Below are positions 60,853 to 64,000 of a stretch of 64,000 nt of DNA, piece by piece. Made by a program: the position numbers and the translations under genes. Position 1 is the first letter of the stretch; each line of letters starts with the position of its first letter. The stretch is from Rhabdothermincola salaria (GTDB lineage Bacteria; Actinomycetota; Acidimicrobiia; Acidimicrobiales; Acidimicrobilacustridaceae). The notes below the pieces were generated by a model. That model had not been told where the DNA came from. It made no database searches and saw nothing but the letters and a program-made list of their open reading frames with translations. The stretch spans positions 310,001-374,000 of the forward strand of contig NZ_JAJQXW010000002.1 in assembly GCF_021246445.1 (NCBI RefSeq), written 5' to 3'.

Positions 60853-63417
60853 TCAGCCCGGGACCGGGCCCCCGTCGACGACCTCGACGGTGACGACGTG
60901 GTCGACGACGGCCGAGGAGCGACCCACGTGGAGGTGATGGGCGCCCGGGTCGACGGCCCAGCCCCGCTCGCGGCCCAGCCCCGACGGGGGTCGCACCCAG
61001 GCGACCTGGGTGGCCAGGAGGTGGGCGAACCGGTCGGCGTCGGGGTCGCCCGGCTGCCAGTAGGCGAAGGACCGGCCGTCGAGCTCGAGGCGCACCGTGC
61101 CGGTCTCGCCCGGGTCGAGGGTGATGCGAGCGAAGGCCTTCAGCTCCTTGGGGGGTCGGGCCAGCAAGGGCTCGTCGCACCCGACGTAGAGCTGCACCAC
61201 CTCGGACCCCGTTCGGTCGCCGACGTTGGTGACCGGCACCTCCACCACGATCCCCTCACCCGCGCGCAGCCTCGTGGCCGAGCACACCGGCCGGCCCAGC
61301 TCGAAGCGGGTGTAGGAGAGGCCGTGCCCGAACGGGAAGGCCACCGGCAGGTGGCGCTCCTCGTACCAGCGGTAGCCGACGAACAGCCGCTCGCCGTAGA
61401 CCACCCGGCCGTTCTCGGCCGGGAAGTTGCCGTGGCTGGGGTTGTGCTCGAGACGCACCGGGACGGTGGTGGGCAGCCGCCCACCGGGCTCGGCGTCGCC
61501 GAGCAGCACGTCGACGAGCCCGTCGGCCATCTCCTCGCCACCGAACCAGACCTGGAGCAGGGCCCGGGCCCGTTCGGCCCACGGGGTGAGTACCACCGAT
61601 CCGGTGTTGAGGACCACCACGGCGTCGGGGGCGACGGCCAGGATGCGCTCCACGAGCTCGTCCTGGCGTCCGGGCAGGTTCATCGAGGTGCGATCGGCGC
61701 CCTCGGACTCCCAGTCGGCGTCGGTGCCCACCACCACCACCACGGCATCGGCGTCGCGGGCGGCCGCGACCGCTCGGTCGATGCCGTCGGCCGCGGGGGC
61801 CGGCCGAACGCCGAGCTTGGCCCCCGCCAGCAGGCCGCCATCGGGGTTCGTGCACTCGAGCACCAGCGCGACCGGGTGGTCGGGCCGCAGGTCGACCTCG
61901 ACGGTGAGCTCCCGGGAGCCGAGGCCGAGGAAGTCGTGGCCGGGCGGCAGAGGGCCCGCGGTCCCGTCCAGCACCACCTCGCCGTCGAGGAGCAGGCGCG
62001 ACGGACCGGTCTGCACCAGCGAGAGCAGCCAGGGTCCGGGCTCGTCGACCTCGAGGGTGGCCGTGGCCCGACACGACCACGTGTCGCCGACGCTCGCGGC
62101 CGGGGCACCGAACCACACGGCGGTGCCGCTGTCGCGCCGGTCGCGGTGCAGGATCGCTCCGCCGAGGTCGTCGGGGGCGAAGAACGACACCGTGAGGCCC
62201 GGCTCGCCGTCGTCGCCCGTCAACCAGCGCCCGGGGACCTCCGGGGTGGTGAGGGAGATGTCGACCCCGGCCTCGTGCACGAGCTCGACGCCCGCGCCGA
62301 GACGGGAGCGGAGCGCCTCCAGGGGCGACACCAGCCGGTGGGCCGGCAGGTTGGCTGATCCGCCCCCCATGATCTGGGCCCGGGCGGCGTTGGGGCCGAT
62401 GACCGCCACCCGCCGCAGACGGTCGGCCTCCAGGGGCAGCACCCCGTCGTTGCGCAACAGGACGGTGGCGCCGATGGCGGCCTGGCGGGCGACGGCCCGA
62501 TGGCCCGGATCGTCGACCGAGCGAGGCTGCTCGGCCGGGTCGTGGTCGAGGGCCCCGACCCGGTCGAGGGTGCCGAGGAGCCGGGTGACGGCGGCATCGA
62601 CGTCGGACTCGGCGACCACCCCGCCCCGCACGGCCTCGACCAGGGCCGGCCCGTAGGCCCGCGCCGGGCCGGGCATCTCGAGGTCGAGCCCGGCGCGGAT
62701 GGCGAGGGGCGTCTGGGCCAGGGCGAACCAGTCGCTGACCACGAACCCCTCGAACCCCCATTCGTCGCGCAGGATGCCGGCCAACAGCGTGGCGCTGTCG
62801 GCGCAGTGCTCGCCGTTGAGCCGGTTGTAGGAGGTCATGATCCCGAGGGCTCCGCCCTGTCGGACGGCCATCTCGAACGGCACGAGGTACAGCTCGCGCA
62901 GCGTGCGCTCGTCGACGACGGAGTCGGCCACGAACCGGTCGAGCTCGGACTCGTTGCCGGCGAAGTGCTTGACCGTGGTGACGACCCCACGTGACTGCGC
63001 CCCGGCGACGAAGGCGGTGGCGATGCGTCCGGCGAGCACCGGGTCCTCGGAGTAGGACTCGAAGTTGCGCCCGCCGAGCGGCGATCGGTGCAGGTTGACC
63101 GTGGGCGCCAGCAGCACCCGACAGGCCTTGGTCCGGGCTTCCTCGCCCAATACCGCCCCGACCCGTTCGATCAGCTCGACGTCCCACGTCGCTCCCAGCG
63201 CCGCACCACAGGGCACGCACAGGGCGGTGAGCGGCTCCCCTTCGACCATCTCGGCGAGCATGGGCCCCCGGGCCCCGTTGGGCCCGTCGGTGACGCGCAC
63301 GGACGGGATGCCGAGGCGCTCCACCGCCGTGGTCGACCACAGATCGGCACCGGCCAGCAGTCGGGTCTTCTCGTCGAGGGTCAGCTCGCCGACGAGTTGG
63401 GCGACGTCACGGGGCAC
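60853..63417 (-). CDS. GH3 beta-glucosidase with PA14-like insert and FnIII-like domain
   Basis: TDGPNGARG, GGRNFESYSEDP, KHF, VVSDW, ESEG.DR and FPFGHGLSYT; GGAGG SD. Confidence 0.92.
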   Translation of the reverse strand: MPRDVAQLVGELTLDEKTRLLAGADLWSTTAVERLGIPSVRVTDGPNGARGPMLAEMVEGEPLTALCVPCGAALGATWDVELIERVGAVLGEEARTKACRVLLAPTVNLHRSPLGGRNFESYSEDPVLAGRIATAFVAGAQSRGVVTTVKHFAGNESELDRFVADSVVDERTLRELYLVPFEMAVRQGGALGIMTSYNRLNGEHCADSATLLAGILRDEWGFEGFVVSDWFALAQTPLAIRAGLDLEMPGPARAYGPALVEAVRGGVVAESDVDAAVTRLLGTLDRVGALDHDPAEQPRSVDDPGHRAVARQAAIGATVLLRNDGVLPLEADRLRRVAVIGPNAARAQIMGGGSANLPAHRLVSPLEALRSRLGAGVELVHEAGVDISLTTPEVPGRWLTGDDGEPGLTVSFFAPDDLGGAILHRDRRDSGTAVWFGAPAASVGDTWSCRATATLEVDEPGPWLLSLVQTGPSRLLLDGEVVLDGTAGPLPPGHDFLGLGSRELTVEVDLRPDHPVALVLECTNPDGGLLAGAKLGVRPAPAADGIDRAVAAARDADAVVVVVGTDADWESEGADRTSMNLPGRQDELVERILAVAPDAVVVLNTGSVVLTPWAERARALLQVWFGGEEMADGLVDVLLGDAEPGGRLPTTVPVRLEHNPSHGNFPAENGRVVYGERLFVGYRWYEERHLPVAFPFGHGLSYTRFELGRPVCSATRLRAGEGIVVEVPVTNVGDRTGSEVVQLYVGCDEPLLARPPKELKAFARITLDPGETGTVRLELDGRSFAYWQPGDPDADRFAHLLATQVAWVRPPSGLGRERGWAVDPGAHHLHVGRSSAVVDHVVTVEVVDGGPVPG

Positions 63418-63467
63418 GGCGGTTCCTCCAGGTCCGGCGGGGCCCCGACCGTAGCGGCGCGGACGCG

Positions 63468-63512
63468 ACGGAGCCCGGGAGGCGGCGGGCACCGCTCCCT
63501 CCCGGGCTCCGT
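63468..63512 (-). terminator. Hairpin with a 15-bp stem downstream of the SHOCT gene
   Basis: ACGGAGCCCGGGAGG / CCTCCCGGGCTCCGT. Confidence 0.55.
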
Positions 63513-63574
63513 GTCACCAGTCGGGTCCGTCCGGCGCCAGTCGGCCGTCCCCGTGCGGTCGGACGCTCAGTCGC

Positions 63575-63967
63575 TCAGGCGACGACCTTGGCCTTCATCG
63601 ACTCGTACTCGGCGTCGCTGAGCTTGCCCCGGTCGTGCAGGTCGGCCAGCTGGGCCAGCTGCTCGGCCGGCGTGGCGGTGGAGGCCGCTTCGCGGATGTA
63701 GCTGTCCATGGCCGCCTTCTGATCCTCGGCCATCTTCATCTGGTTCTTCGCCATCTTGCCGCCATTGACGATGAGGTAGATGAAGACGCCCAGGTAGGGA
63801 AGGGCCAGGAGCACGACGACCCAGCCAGCCTTGAGCCAGCCGTTGAAGTCACGGTTGAACAGGTCCATGAACACCTGGAACAGCAACATGATCCAGATGA
63901 AGAACAGGAAGAAGTAGAGGATGGTCAGGAAGACCTGACCGGTCCCCCATTCGGCGGCGAACACCAT
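63575..63967 (-). CDS. PLDc_N + SHOCT domain membrane protein
   Basis: DLF...KAGWVV..LPYLGVFIYL and LAQLADLHDRGKLSDAEYESMKAKV. Confidence 0.85.
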   Translation of the reverse strand: MVFAAEWGTGQVFLTILYFFLFFIWIMLLFQVFMDLFNRDFNGWLKAGWVVVLLALPYLGVFIYLIVNGGKMAKNQMKMAEDQKAAMDSYIREAASTATPAEQLAQLADLHDRGKLSDAEYESMKAKVVA

Positions 63968-64000
63968 CGCGGGAGCTCCTTGGTCGACTCACCTCGTCCG

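Overview
High-GC actinobacterial chromosome segment. The gene content and style suggest Acidimicrobiia, but that assignment is inference. It carries about 56 tightly packed CDS, and I saw no rRNA, tRNA, CRISPR array, IS or prophage. Main blocks in order: (1) an aromatic/lipid-catabolic cluster with SDRs, a sulfotransferase, thioesterase, KshA-like Rieske oxygenase, amidohydrolase and TetR (1-10.3 kb); (2) a secreted Cys-rich QCNGS-repeat protein with a candidate sigma28/WhiG-type promoter and a hairpin-rich leader; (3) a TnrB/NarAB-like ABC exporter; (4) a translationally coupled dabB-dabA-PII-like inorganic-carbon uptake operon, divergent from a USP and a NOX/ferric-reductase-like gene; (5) an intact alpha/beta-hydrolase lacking both catalytic residues, divergent from an unknown-MFS-Coq4-motif operon and a Tat-lipoprotein/GMC pair; (6) ppsA, monomeric icd, fur, and tauE with a CsoR/CstR-like operator; (7) a signal-less HiPIP-like 4-Cys protein, a DEAD-box helicase, an OYE-family reductase, and GH2 and GH3 glycosidases. 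Many genes appear leaderless (TAnnnT 6-8 nt before the start codon). All product calls come from motif recognition by eye; no searches were run.
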